DNA of 63,048 nucleotides, counting the filler, from Vannella sp. (taxonomy: Eukaryota): NCBI GenBank assembly GCA_023345925.1. It is 8 parts of 8 records of this genome, joined end to end, with 100 filler letters (N's around TTAATTAATTAA, not from the genome) between each part and the next. Parts side by side here need not be neighbours in the genome. Positions count along the whole stretch, not along the records: positions 37,811 to 50,973 come from JAJQQN010000068.1; positions 51,074 to 57,261 come from JAJQQN010000131.1; positions 57,362 to 63,048 come from JAJQQN010000981.1; 5 more parts are not named here. The stretch is one strand, 5' to 3'. Numbering within the stretch: the stretch's first letter is position 1; each line of letters begins with the position of its first letter. The translations under genes were made by a program, and so were the position numbers. Shown here piece by piece: positions 48,462-58,749 of this stretch. Below the pieces are notes generated by a model. The model searched no databases. It saw only the letters and a list, made by a program, of their open reading frames with translations, and was not told where the DNA came from.

Positions 48462-49742
48462 ATGATAGTCATCGGCTTTGAAGGTAGCGCCAACAAGATT
48501 GGTGTGGGCATTGTCAATGAGAAGGGAGACATCTTAGCCAATGTCAGGAAGACGTAGGAGTGCTGTCTTGGTGGTTAGAGAGTGGTGGGCTGACGGGATG
48601 GGAAGATACATCACTCCGCCTGGGGAAGGGTTTCAACCACGCGATACAGCCCATCACCACCAAGAACACTTTGTTAACTTAACCATGGAAGCAATGAAAG
48701 AGGCTGGTACGGCTAACCCTCACGAAAGTGCCTCAAACAACCTCTGACGCACCATTCAGGCCTCCAACCCTCCGACATCACGGCCATTGCATACACAAAG
48801 GGCCCTGGAATGGTAAGCATGCTGTTTCCTCTTCTGTGTGAAGCTCATAGCCTCAGGGTGCGCCACTCCGTAGTGTGGCAGTCGGAGCGCGGATGCTGAC
48901 GCAACTTTGGGGCGTCCCGGGTGGTCTAATTCCAGTCAATCACTGTGTGGGACACATTGAGATGGGCCGCTTGGTAACTGGAGCTATCAATCCTGTCGTG
49001 CTCTACGTATCAGGGGGAAACACTCAAGTCATCTCTTACTCCAACCAACGCTATCAGATCTTTGGTGAAACGATTGATATTGCGGTTGGAAACTGTTTAG
49101 ATAGGTTCGCAAGAGTCATCAATCTCTCTAACGACCCTTCTCCTGGCTACAACATTGAGCAATTGGCTAAAAGGTGAGTATCTGAACCACATTCTTCCTC
49201 CGCTGAGTCCGCTCGTTAGAGGAAAGAAGTTTATTGAACTTCCTTATGTTGTAAAGGGAATGGATGTCTCTTTCTCAGGCATTCTGAGCTATGCCGAGGA
49301 AGCTGCCAAGAAGATGTTGGATTCCGGAGAATGCACAAAGGAGGATTTATGCTTCTCCTTGCAAGAGACCATGTTTGCCATGCTAGTCGAGACTACAGAG
49401 CGGGCTATGGCTCATTGTGGGCAAACAGAAGTCCTTATTGTTGGTGGCGTGGGCTGTAACGTGCGGCTCCAGGAAATGATGGCCCAAATGGTTTCAGAAC
49501 GAGGAGGCAAGTTATTCGCCACCGATGACCGGTAAGCCTCGCCTGCTCCATAGAAGTGGGATGGAGACTGATAGTAAGATAGGTATTGTATTGACAATGG
49601 TTGTATGATTGCCTGGGCCGGCTTGGTGGAGTATGCAAGCGGCACAAGAGAAGTCAAGAGACACCCATACGACTTTTCCGACTGCACCTGCACCCAACGC
49701 TTCCGTACAGATGCTGTCCATGTCGCCTGGAGGTCTGATTAA
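48462..49742 (+). CDS. OSGEP: tRNA N6-threonylcarbamoyltransferase Kae1/OSGEP
   Basis: [91 protein letters not shown]. Confidence 0.97.
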
Positions 49743-49793
49743 CTTGCTCTCACCTGACAGCACTAAACTCTCCAAGGCTGACAAGGCAATCCA

Positions 49794-49807
49794 TTTTGGC
49801 GGGAAAA
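49794..49807 (-). promoter_or_regulatory. Candidate E2F-type site (TTTTCCCGCCAAAA) upstream of the KNL1-like gene
   Basis: Matches the E2F consensus TTTSSCGC, about 65 nt upstream of ATG 49872 in a 129-nt intergenic gap. Confidence 0.4.
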
Positions 49808-49871
49808 TGGACCGTTGGTTCGGTCCTCTAAAGAGCTCAGCAACTTGGCGCCAACGTCCATTTGCTCGAGG

Positions 49872-50973
49872 ATGGCGGAACATGTGGATACTACCGCAAT
49901 GGCATCAATCTTTGGACAAGAGCGCAGACCGTTGACGAAACGACACAGCATGGCTTCATGTCTGAAGCAACAGAAGCCTCGTACGGTGGTCCCCTTGCGG
50001 CGGAGAGTGTCCTTCTCTGAGAAGAACTCTGTCCTTCTCATAAGCAAAGTGTCAAAGCAATGGGATGATCATCCCCAGCAGTTATCCAACGCTTCCTTCC
50101 AAGAGCTGGACAATCGCGATGAAAACGGCGAGCTTAGCTTCTGCGAGGTCCCTTACGATGAATCTGATATGTCTGAAGGAGAGGCTACCTTAGAGATCCT
50201 CAATGAGACCATGGCCATCGACTTAACAATGGATTTCAGCGCTCAACTGATCGACTTGCAAGGCGATTTCGAGAATACGCGGGGGATCAGTGACCTGCTT
50301 GAGCAAGATGACACCACAAACTTGCCATCTGTATTCATGGATGCTTTGAGCGAAGATGATGACGCAATGGACCAGGCAGATACCTCGGAAATAACTTTCC
50401 TTGGAGGCGACTTGTCTCAACTCCGATCACCAGGACAGATGAGCTTCTCAGAGATGGATGATGGAGAGCAGACAATGGTGTTGGATATGACTGAAGACTT
50501 CTTTGCTCCGCTCCCTGACTCTCCCCGGGCGAATAAGCCCGCAGAACTAACCGACAATCTCTCTAACAACTTTTCTGTGCCTGCAGAGGACGACTTCTCC
50601 CGCCGTTTCACCTCTTTCGAACACTCTGGCCAACAGTTTGATACTAGCAAACTAACCCAATCTCTCTCTAACCTCATCGCTGCGGACGTGACCGAGCGTA
50701 TCGAAGCTGAGGAAGAGAGTGAAGACGAGGAACTGGACAGAACTGAAGTGATTGATCCTACTGAAGACTTCTCCAACCCTCTACAGATGCTAGACGAAGA
50801 GGACAAGACGGAAAACTTCCTTTTGGATAACACAACTGTCACAGAATGTCACAATACCTCCGAGATCCTTTGCTTTGCCCCGCCTGGCCTTTCCTCTTCA
50901 AGTATGCGAATGACTCCTGTTAGAACTCCTCTCAATCTACACCGGGTTCCACCTCAATTGGCGAATGTCCCTT
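49872..50973 (+). CDS. KNL1: KNL1/Spc105-like kinetochore scaffold, N-terminal part (3' truncated)
   Basis: SILK-like SCLK followed by RRRVSF (PP1 docking), then an acidic disordered region with repeated MELT-like motifs (IDLT, LDMT, IDPT, SEIT, AELT). Confidence 0.68.
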
Positions 50974-51073
50974 NNNNNNNNNNNNNNNNNNNNNNNNNNN
51001 NNNNNNNNNNNNNNNNNTTAATTAATTAANNNNNNNNNNNNNNNNNNNNNNNNNNNNNNNNNNNNNNNNNNNN
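50974..51073. other. Artificial contig spacer
   Basis: N44-TTAATTAATTAA-N44. Confidence 0.99.
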
Positions 51074-51248
51074 GAAGAAGCAATAGCCATCCCGAAGACA
51101 CCCGAAATCCTTAGCGGCTTTTAAAAACTAGCCGCTACCATCCCTGATTGAAGTGGTAACACTTCAGTCCTTCCTCACCTCATGGATGGACTGGGTTCCT
51201 ACCTCCTCGAACAATCCCTCCTTCATCTGATCGATAAATCCGCTGGTT

Positions 51249-54002
51249 TTAGATACGCCGAACAACCATTCGCACGGGCAAAGTGATCCCGCGGAATACA
51301 GAACGCACAATACGAGGGACTCTCTGCCGGCGGTTTGGAGAAGGTTCAGAGAAATCTGGGAGGTATCTTGGGAGAAGTCCCTCGTCAAGATATCCAAACT
51401 GTTTTCCTTCGCACGGACCTGAAGCATAGTGAGAAGGGTGACTGTTTCTTGGGCTGTCTTGGTTCACCAGCTGTCCACACACCCAACAGAACTCTCCTCC
51501 GCAAGGGCATTTGATGTGATTGCATCCTTCATTCTTCTGAATGAGTGCTTGACACTTTGGACATGGAAGAGCCCGATTTTCGATCAGCCACTGGCGCATC
51601 ACCCCTTCTTCGCTCTCATTTCTCTCTCGCTCTCTTTTAGAGGCTCGCTCGAGACGCTTCCTTGCCTTCTCGCACCCCTCTCTGGGGTGATAGAAGCTTG
51701 AGCAAAGGTAGCAAAAGTCCGTTTGGCAATCCGGACAAGATAGCTTGGGGAATTCTGGGTGACTTGAATCTCCAACAACCCCAGAAGTGCAGTTCTCTGC
51801 CGGACACCATCGACAATGAGGCTCCAGTCGTAGTCTGGCAAGAATGCGGAACTGCTTGAAGCGAACAAATTGATCAAGAGGGAGAACGCTCCGCATTGTC
51901 TCCTCGCTCACTTCCACTTGACATCCTTGCCAGAGGCAAGATGTGTTCAAAAATTCGCCATTGAAGGAGGCGCTCTCAAGGGATCCTCGCACGCAATCCA
52001 AACAGAAGCGGTGCTGGCAATCGCCCATCGAAACAAGACTTCTCTTTGGAACCTCTTCCAAGCAAACTGTACATTCTTCCATCTCAGTGTAATACTTATC
52101 AGGAGGGAACAGAGGTGCTTCTGGTCGGAGATTCACAGTGAACTCAAGAGAACGCGAAGGGGAGAGAATCACGATATCAAAGCAAGCATTGTAGCAGTTC
52201 TCTGGTGCACTGGGATGGAGTCTCCAATTTTCGTATTCAAAGTCTCCCACCCATTCTCCATTGTGGAACATAAAGACGGAGAAAGACTCTTCCAAGGGAA
52301 CCATGCCAATGCCCAGTACATCGCCCGCACGGATGGTTCTGTCATCACGAGGAATGTTCCCTTCAACACGAAAAGGGTAGCCAATAATGAGAGAGCAAAG
52401 AGAGTCTTCTGGAATGGCTGCTGCCATGATGGGTGTGAGTGCTTGGGCAGTGCTGCAAAGTACTAGAGAGGGAACAGAACCCGTTTCCTCCTCCATAGAA
52501 GTGATAACTATCTCAACATACTCAAAAGCACTCTTCGTGGGAGTGCTCCAGGTTGCCAAACGCGCTTTGGTGAGAGCTGCAGGTGGTTGGAGCGTCTGAA
52601 CATCACTTGACAAAGGCATTTCGACAAAAACTTGTTCCAATCTCATCTGACTCAGTCCTTGCCACGTGATGGGAGTTTCCAACGTTGGTTGTACAGAAGA
52701 GTCAAGAGGAAGGTACATTGGGGCAAAAGACATATCCTGGCTTCTCTCCTCCTCACTGTACATTGAGTTTATGTCCTCTTCTACCTGTAAAGAGACCATG
52801 GCCTCTATCAGCTGTCGAGAGAGCTCATCAAGCTCTTCAGCAACATCCTCTGACTGGTTCACAATGGTGACTAACTGATTGATAGCCAGAGCGTCCTGCA
52901 AGTTTCTCATCGCATCAGATTGCCCGAGAGACTCCTCCAAAGGCTCCTCAGATTCCTGTAGTTTCTGTGCAAAGCGCTCTTCCAAGGAGAGTCCCTGATT
53001 CACATAATCGAGAAGTGCCAGTAAGTTGTCCAAGCAGTCGGAGTGAATGTTCGACTGGACCATCTGTAAGATGGTGTGCTGAACCTCGTGGAGATTGGTC
53101 AAGTGCACTTGAAGTCTTTCGATGTCTGCCAAAGAATCCTCCCTCTCAAACTCCTCAATTTCCTCCACCGTGTGTCGGATGCGAACCACTTGAGAACAAG
53201 TGAGGTTCTCTACTTCATTGGTCATGGCTGAGACGAGCCGAGTGCCCTGGCGAGGTTGTTGTAGGGACAAGAAAGGGACAATTGGCTCTTCCGGTTCGTT
53301 TTTTCGCTCTCTGGGGTTGTAGGCTGAGTACTGGAGTACCCTTTGCTCAAACTTGGTCTGAGAAGATGTTAGAGTGTCTCTCAGGAGGGAACGGTCTGTT
53401 TCTTCCACTCCCAAACTCATTCGGAGTGATTGAGACAAAGAGCTGGCATCTGGCAGTGAGGTGGTGGCTCCTTGGTTGCCTGAGCAAAGTATAAAGTGGA
53501 ATGGATACCTCCCAAACTGTACAACGTCCCCTACGCACAGAAGAAAGTACTCTCGAGGAAGGAGAAGCTCCCCGTTCACGTATGTGCCCCCCTGGTGGCC
53601 CAAGTCGAATAGATACAGTACATCTTGATCGGTGCTACCATGAGGAAGGCGCCGGAACTGAAAGACAGCGTGGGCAGCCTTGCTGCAGCTGTCATCCTCA
53701 TCGATGACGATGTGGCAGTTCAGCTCTTGCCCCACGACGTAGTGGCCTCGTTGGCTCAGGTCCTGGCGAGCCACCAGCTTTCCACAGCGATTGCGCACTT
53801 CCAGACCGAAGGGCATCAGCGGGGGAGACGACCACAAAGGTTGGTCATAACTTGACTTCCCCATTGGCAACTCAGGAGCACTCCGAACCACTCCCCCTTC
53901 ATCATCCGAGTCCTCCTCCTCTAACAGCACATCTTGGTCATCCTCCACAACCTCCTCCTCGGAAGTCGAGTCCGATTCGTCATGAACCACCTCTTTCACC
54001 AT
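51249..54002 (-). CDS. FHA + helical region + SPRY-like + RING1-IBR-RING2 (RBR) E3 ubiquitin ligase, intronless
   Basis: FHA: SCSKAAHAVFQF, LFDLGHQGGTYVNG, GDVVQFG. SPRY-like: GDVLGIGM...VFMFHNGEWVG. RING1: CTVCLEE..CQHRFCLDC. IBR: RWCPAENC...CPDC..FCYLC...H..C. RING2: CPKC..IQKNEGCNHIKC.CG.EFCWVC. Confidence 0.9.
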   Translation of the reverse strand: MVKEVVHDESDSTSEEEVVEDDQDVLLEEEDSDDEGGVVRSAPELPMGKSSYDQPLWSSPPLMPFGLEVRNRCGKLVARQDLSQRGHYVVGQELNCHIVIDEDDSCSKAAHAVFQFRRLPHGSTDQDVLYLFDLGHQGGTYVNGELLLPREYFLLCVGDVVQFGRYPFHFILCSGNQGATTSLPDASSLSQSLRMSLGVEETDRSLLRDTLTSSQTKFEQRVLQYSAYNPRERKNEPEEPIVPFLSLQQPRQGTRLVSAMTNEVENLTCSQVVRIRHTVEEIEEFEREDSLADIERLQVHLTNLHEVQHTILQMVQSNIHSDCLDNLLALLDYVNQGLSLEERFAQKLQESEEPLEESLGQSDAMRNLQDALAINQLVTIVNQSEDVAEELDELSRQLIEAMVSLQVEEDINSMYSEEERSQDMSFAPMYLPLDSSVQPTLETPITWQGLSQMRLEQVFVEMPLSSDVQTLQPPAALTKARLATWSTPTKSAFEYVEIVITSMEEETGSVPSLVLCSTAQALTPIMAAAIPEDSLCSLIIGYPFRVEGNIPRDDRTIRAGDVLGIGMVPLEESFSVFMFHNGEWVGDFEYENWRLHPSAPENCYNACFDIVILSPSRSLEFTVNLRPEAPLFPPDKYYTEMEECTVCLEEVPKRSLVSMGDCQHRFCLDCVRGSLESASFNGEFLNTSCLWQGCQVEVSEETMRSVLPLDQFVRFKQFRILARLRLEPHCRWCPAENCTSGVVGDSSHPEFPKLSCPDCQTDFCYLCSSFYHPREGCEKARKRLERASKRERERNESEEGVMRQWLIENRALPCPKCQALIQKNEGCNHIKCPCGGEFCWVCGQLVNQDSPRNSHPSHYASGPCEGKQFGYLDEGLLPRYLPDFSEPSPNRRQRVPRIVRSVFRGITLPVRMVVRRI

Positions 54003-54471
54003 CAATCCGTCAAATAAGCTGACTTTAATAAATCATAGATAATGCAATTTATTTCGTTCAGTTGTTGTCATTCTTTTGGTCGGTTGGACCTTGACCCACC
54101 ACGACCGCTAAAAACGGAAACTCACTCGAAGACGAGGGAAGCCGTTCCCGTGCGTCTGGGATGCGAAAGAAGCACGAAATGGATGTGAAGGATGAGGGCG
54201 AGGAAGTGCATGAGGCACTCACTGATTTCTTGATCCATCATGACATTGATCTTCTCTGATTCGCGGGACCCTTCACTAAGAGACCACACCACTATGGTGT
54301 GGTCCTACTAATGTAGTTTCAGTAAGAGGAAGAGGAAGCTCAAACAATCGAGTCTGATCTCCGCACAGGTTGCTCCTTCCGAAAGGACTTCCCAAACAGG
54401 AGAGAGTCCTTCATTAGTCTCAAATTGGCAGCAATACAAGACTTTACTTGAACAGCTTTCTATTCAGAAGA

Positions 54472-55278
54472 ATGGGCGCGGAGTATCGGCTTGGACTTCA
54501 TTTTTACCAACGCCCCAAACCTTGCATGTCTATGCGCGAGAGACTCCAAAAAGCATTCAGCACAGAGGCTCTCGCTCTGACGTCGGGGAAAGTAAGAACC
54601 CGGAGCTCCTCTCTTCGAGACTCTTGGAGACCACAGAGAAACAGTCGCTCCGTGGACTTGCGCACGGACAAGAAAGAGAGAACTATTCCTCGATCCTATA
54701 CTGTCATTGACTATGCAACGATCGCGGAGCAGGAGTCTCACCTGGAAGGCCCAATGGGATTCCTTTCTTTCCTTGAAGGGACTGCCATTGAGGCAGAAGT
54801 TGGCCCTCAGGTCTTACTGACCCAAGAGTACAAGTTTCTTCACCTCCTGTTCCCCTCTTTCCCCCTCTCCATGCTCAAAGTGCTGCTTCTCCAAGAGAAC
54901 GGATGCGCATCTGCAGTCGTGCGCTCCCTTCATGATCGAGGGTGGGCTTCACAAACTCTACCTCGTGTCAAGTTATCATCCAGTGCCAATCCTCACTTCA
55001 CCGTTCCCTACTTTTGGGGAGTTCTTACGGATGAAGCTCGAGCTGCTGTTCGAAGACACCCAAAAGGTAGCTTCCTGACTGGACTTCTCCCTTCCAACAC
55101 GTACATTCTTGTTCACTTGGGGCTTGGTCGAACTCTCATCGAGCATCCATTGCAATCCCCCATGGTAGGAGAGCTGGAGAAGAGCCTCCTTTCCCTCACC
55201 AACCCAATCCCGCGTCCGAAAGAGGTCCCTGTCCACCAACTGGCCATATTCCCTGCAATCAAGCAAGAACCACAATGA
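54472..55278 (+). CDS. Hypothetical protein with possible CUE-like and degenerate SH2-like segments
   Basis: Long open frame with LHLLFPSFPLSMLKVLLLQENG (CUE-like) and PYFWGVLTDEARAAVRRHPKGSFLT (SH2-start-like). The 5' end is uncertain. Confidence 0.5.
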   Translation: MGAEYRLGLHFYQRPKPCMSMRERLQKAFSTEALALTSGKVRTRSSSLRDSWRPQRNSRSVDLRTDKKERTIPRSYTVIDYATIAEQESHLEGPMGFLSFLEGTAIEAEVGPQVLLTQEYKFLHLLFPSFPLSMLKVLLLQENGCASAVVRSLHDRGWASQTLPRVKLSSSANPHFTVPYFWGVLTDEARAAVRRHPKGSFLTGLLPSNTYILVHLGLGRTLIEHPLQSPMVGELEKSLLSLTNPIPRPKEVPVHQLAIFPAIKQEPQ

Positions 55279-55546
55279 AGTAACCTCATTCTCCCAAAAT
55301 GGGATTGTTGAAGGAGGATTAGGAGAGGTCGGTAGACATTCCGATGCCAAGGGCTGGTGTCCCATTCAAGAGACCGACCGTATCTGGTATAGAACCTATC
55401 TTGTTAATGACTCAACCTGATTGAGATGGGTGACCACGCAATGCAGAGAATGTTTCCTTGGAAAAGGTTATGAGAGGGAGTGACTTGTCAGTTCCGCTCT
55501 ACTTAATGCACAGAGTTTGGTTTTCACCAGTATATGGAGGAGAGAG

Positions 55547-57196
55547 TTAGATTGAGACAGTAGCTTGGATTGCCTTCAGCCTCTGATTGATTTCGGCGAA
55601 TGTTGGTCGAGAAGCAGGAACATCATCCCAGCCTTGCGTCATCAGTTCAAGCAGAGCAGGGATGGGGCATTCTGGAATAGGAGGTCTTCCACCAGGCTTC
55701 TGGAAGGCTACGAGGCCAATGATTTGGTGCGGATTCATCCCACGGTAAGGTGGCTGTTGAGAGAGAATCTCCCACATGACCACAGCGTAACTAAAGACGT
55801 CTGCCATCTCATCATAGGGCTCTCCTCGCAAAACCTCTGGTGCCGACCAGGCAGGAGAACCGCATTGAGTGTTGAGCATTGCACGGTCCTTGATGCGAGT
55901 CAGTCCAAAGTCAGATATTGTACACTTCCAATCCTTCGTTACCAAGACATTCAGGCTCTTGATGTCGCGGTGAATGATGGGAGGTTTACGAGAGTGGAGA
56001 TAGAGGATTCCACGTGCCACGTCCAGACACATTTCAACTTTCCTACCCCATGAAAGAGACTCTTTGGCGACCACATCGAATAAGCTGCCCCGTTCCATGA
56101 GCTCCGTTAATAAGCAAAACTCCGGGGTCAAACAGGCACCGAGGAACTGAACGACATTCGGATGGCGAAGTTTGCTCATCAGCAGAATCTCCGAGGAGAA
56201 CTCCTCAATGTCCTTCTCGGTGATATCTGCCTTCAAGATCTTTTTGATGGCTACTGATGTACCAGCCCATTCGCCTCTCCACACCTCTCCACAAGCTCCA
56301 ATCCCAATCTTCTTTTCGAAACTGATTTCCGAGAAAGCAATGTCGTAGCCTTCTCGCGCTGCTGATACCCCCACAGAGCTTCTGGATGGAGATACGCTAG
56401 GAGCAGGTGATGAAGGAGGCAGTGCGTACGAGGGAACGACTGCAGGAGGCGACATTTGCTGGGAAAGTGAAAGTGGTCTCTGTACAACCGGAGAGAGCTG
56501 CGGCTTCAAGTAGGCCGGTAAAGGGGAAGGAGTTTGTGAAAGAGTGACGTAATCTGGAAGTTTGTCCTCCACGGGAGCAAGAGTTATCGAATGAGCGACC
56601 TGCGGAGCAGATTGGCAAAGCAGAGTGGGTGCTTTGGTTCATCAGCAAGTACTTGGGCGTTAGAGTGAGTCACGTACCAGAAGACTTGCCAAAGTTGATG
56701 CCCTGGAGACCAATGGTGAGGGTCCCACTGGCAGAGGATTGCAGGTTGAAAACCTGAACGTCCTCTTCGCCATCGATAACAGAGCCTAGTGGCATCACCA
56801 AACGGCCTAGTTGCTTGTCGCTCTATACCAGCTTCGTTAGGCCGTGTGTAGTGCTAAGAGGAGGTCGTACGCTCATCCGGTGCTGGTCCATGACTAACAC
56901 GACCAGAACGTCGCTGGGTGACCGGATGAGGAGGTCAAAAGCTTCGTTCCAAGTAGGAATGTTGGTCTTCTATACCAAAGGAAAGTCAAGGCTGGAGCTG
57001 ATGCTGCTGGAGCGTTTACCTTTTGAGTGGAAGTCTTTCTGGTCTCTCCACTCAACGTGAGCGTCACGTAGGGATTGTTTGAGCCTTCCAGACTCCAAAG
57101 TAAGTGCCCATTCACTCTCCCTTCTCTTCACTCACTCTTCTCCTTCCCATCACGCCCTGCAAGGTCCGCCTTCACCACCCGAACTCGCAAGTACAT
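55547..57196 (-). CDS. C2-domain tyrosine-kinase-like (Raf/MLK-type) protein kinase, multi-exon
   Basis: C2: MYLRVRVVKADL, NPYVTLTL, PTWNEAF. Pro/Ser linker. Kinase: IGIGACGEV, VAIK, HPNVVQFLG, HRDIKSLN, DFGL, GSPAWSAPE, DVFSY.VVMWE. Confidence 0.92.
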
Positions 57197-57261
57197 CCAA
57201 CCTGCCGCCCTTCCAAAGCCAAATGATGCCTGAGTCTAAACCCCACGCATTTGCTCATTTC

Positions 57262-57361
57262 NNNNNNNNNNNNNNNNNNNNNNNNNNNNNNNNNNNNNNN
57301 NNNNNTTAATTAATTAANNNNNNNNNNNNNNNNNNNNNNNNNNNNNNNNNNNNNNNNNNNN
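57262..57361. other. Artificial contig spacer
   Basis: N44-TTAATTAATTAA-N44. Confidence 0.99.
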
Positions 57362-57758
57362 CAATCTGCTTCGCAGATTGATCCTCCCACCAAACCCATA
57401 CACCGCCATTGATATCGATAACAGCAGAGAAATTGTAACCCGCAGCGATTTCAACAGCAATGGGAAGACCTGGGACTTGGCGGAAGCTGGAAGTAAAGGA
57501 ATGATTCCATTGATTCGGGGTTCCAGCTTCCCACACGCCCCCTTTTTCATCGAGCAGAAGAGAGTGAACCCTTCCCCAATCCACTTTGACGGGCTTTGGT
57601 CCTTCCCAGAGGACCTCAGGGGATTTGGCAGGCATTTTCTTTTCACTCGAATGCGAGGGCTTACCTCCAAATGCGAAAAGACCTTGATCAGTGAGAAGGA
57701 CCGTGTGGTAACCAAAAGGCATCAGGAGGAAAATGAGCACCAGATGGGAGGAACTCAT
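57362..57758 (-). CDS. RCC1-repeat protein fragment (3' truncated), paralog of 38170..39135
   Basis: HSLLLDEKGGVWEAG...GLPIAVEIAAGYNFSAVIDINGGVWVW parallels NSVFLDEKGKVWEIG...GLPCIVSIAAGEFFAVAMDKSGGLWSW. Confidence 0.75.
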
Positions 57759-58115
57759 TCCATCAAACTGGATTCTCCAAAAACGAAGTCTTCCAAGAAC
57801 GCCAACGAAATCTTCCGGACCAGAAACTGGTGGAACATGCTTGATTTAGGATGTTGGAGGTACATGCTGGACTGCCAGCTTCGTTTTCATAAACCAAAGA
57901 ATGAGGGGTGAGGGTACAGTCCTAGGATCAAATGTCATGATTGTCAGCCATCTTTTTACGACGAAAGGGGAAGAGGTTTCCAAAACTCGTGTTTGTGTTG
58001 GGTGTCCGGATAAGGTCCGTTCATATCTGGCCTTTTGAGCTCTTCTCCAATGTCATGATTGTCATCCATCTTTTCGGGATGAGCTTTTGGGTTGATTTCG
58101 TTTTTTGAGTTTTGG

Positions 58116-58210
58116 GTTAGAGGCACTTTTCAACTGTGATCAGAAAAGGTGGTTTACTGGGTTCCTGAAACCTCTCCGTGTCCAGCGGACGTGGTCAAGA
58201 GTGCACCTCT
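58116..58210. mobile_element. Degenerate arm of the foldback/MITE family
   Basis: TTAGAGGCACTTTTCAAC is close to the reverse complement of 14285-14302, and CCAGCGGACGTGGT at 58182-58195 is the inverted-repeat core. Confidence 0.6.
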
Positions 58211-58749
58211 TCCACTTCGAGAAAAAATCCACGAGGCTTGGCGGCCCACCTCTGCAACCAGTACCTTCAAGTTATCAACTGCAATTTAACTGTTTGGCAA
58301 CGATGAGGTGACCCTTTCCAATCAAACCGAGACAACACTCTTGCATGGATCTCTCTTGGAATGGTAGCTCGGGCCATCGTGGTAATTGGTCTTTCCATAC
58401 TAGTTGTTGAATTCCACTTCCGCTAGAAACACTTTGAACAGAGAACTGAAAATGGCTTTCGCTCAGCAACAGGGAATCTAACTTGCAAGTCCGCCAGTCG
58501 CTAACCAGGACCTCTCTAAAAGAGCAAATACATCTTTCAGTAGCTGTCCCTGAAAACCCCCAGATAGGAACGGACCCTGATCCGGACTCCCAACACAAAC
58601 ACGAGTTTTGGAAACCTCTTCCCTTCCGTCGTGGATTTGCATGAGAGAAAGCCCTTCCCGCTCTTGACTTTCCAGATTCGGGTCCGTAGCACTCGGAGAC
58701 TGTGGTCAGGAAGGACACTTGGAGTATTTATCACTGAATTTTCGATGGC

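Noticed and set aside
57931..58074. 26-nt imperfect direct repeat AATGTCATGATTGTCA.CCATCTTTT x2
   Set aside because: Two copies in degenerate intergenic DNA; no further structure could be supported.
58275..58718. 147-aa minus-strand ORF downstream of Furry
   Set aside because: No motifs or coding-like composition; probably spurious.
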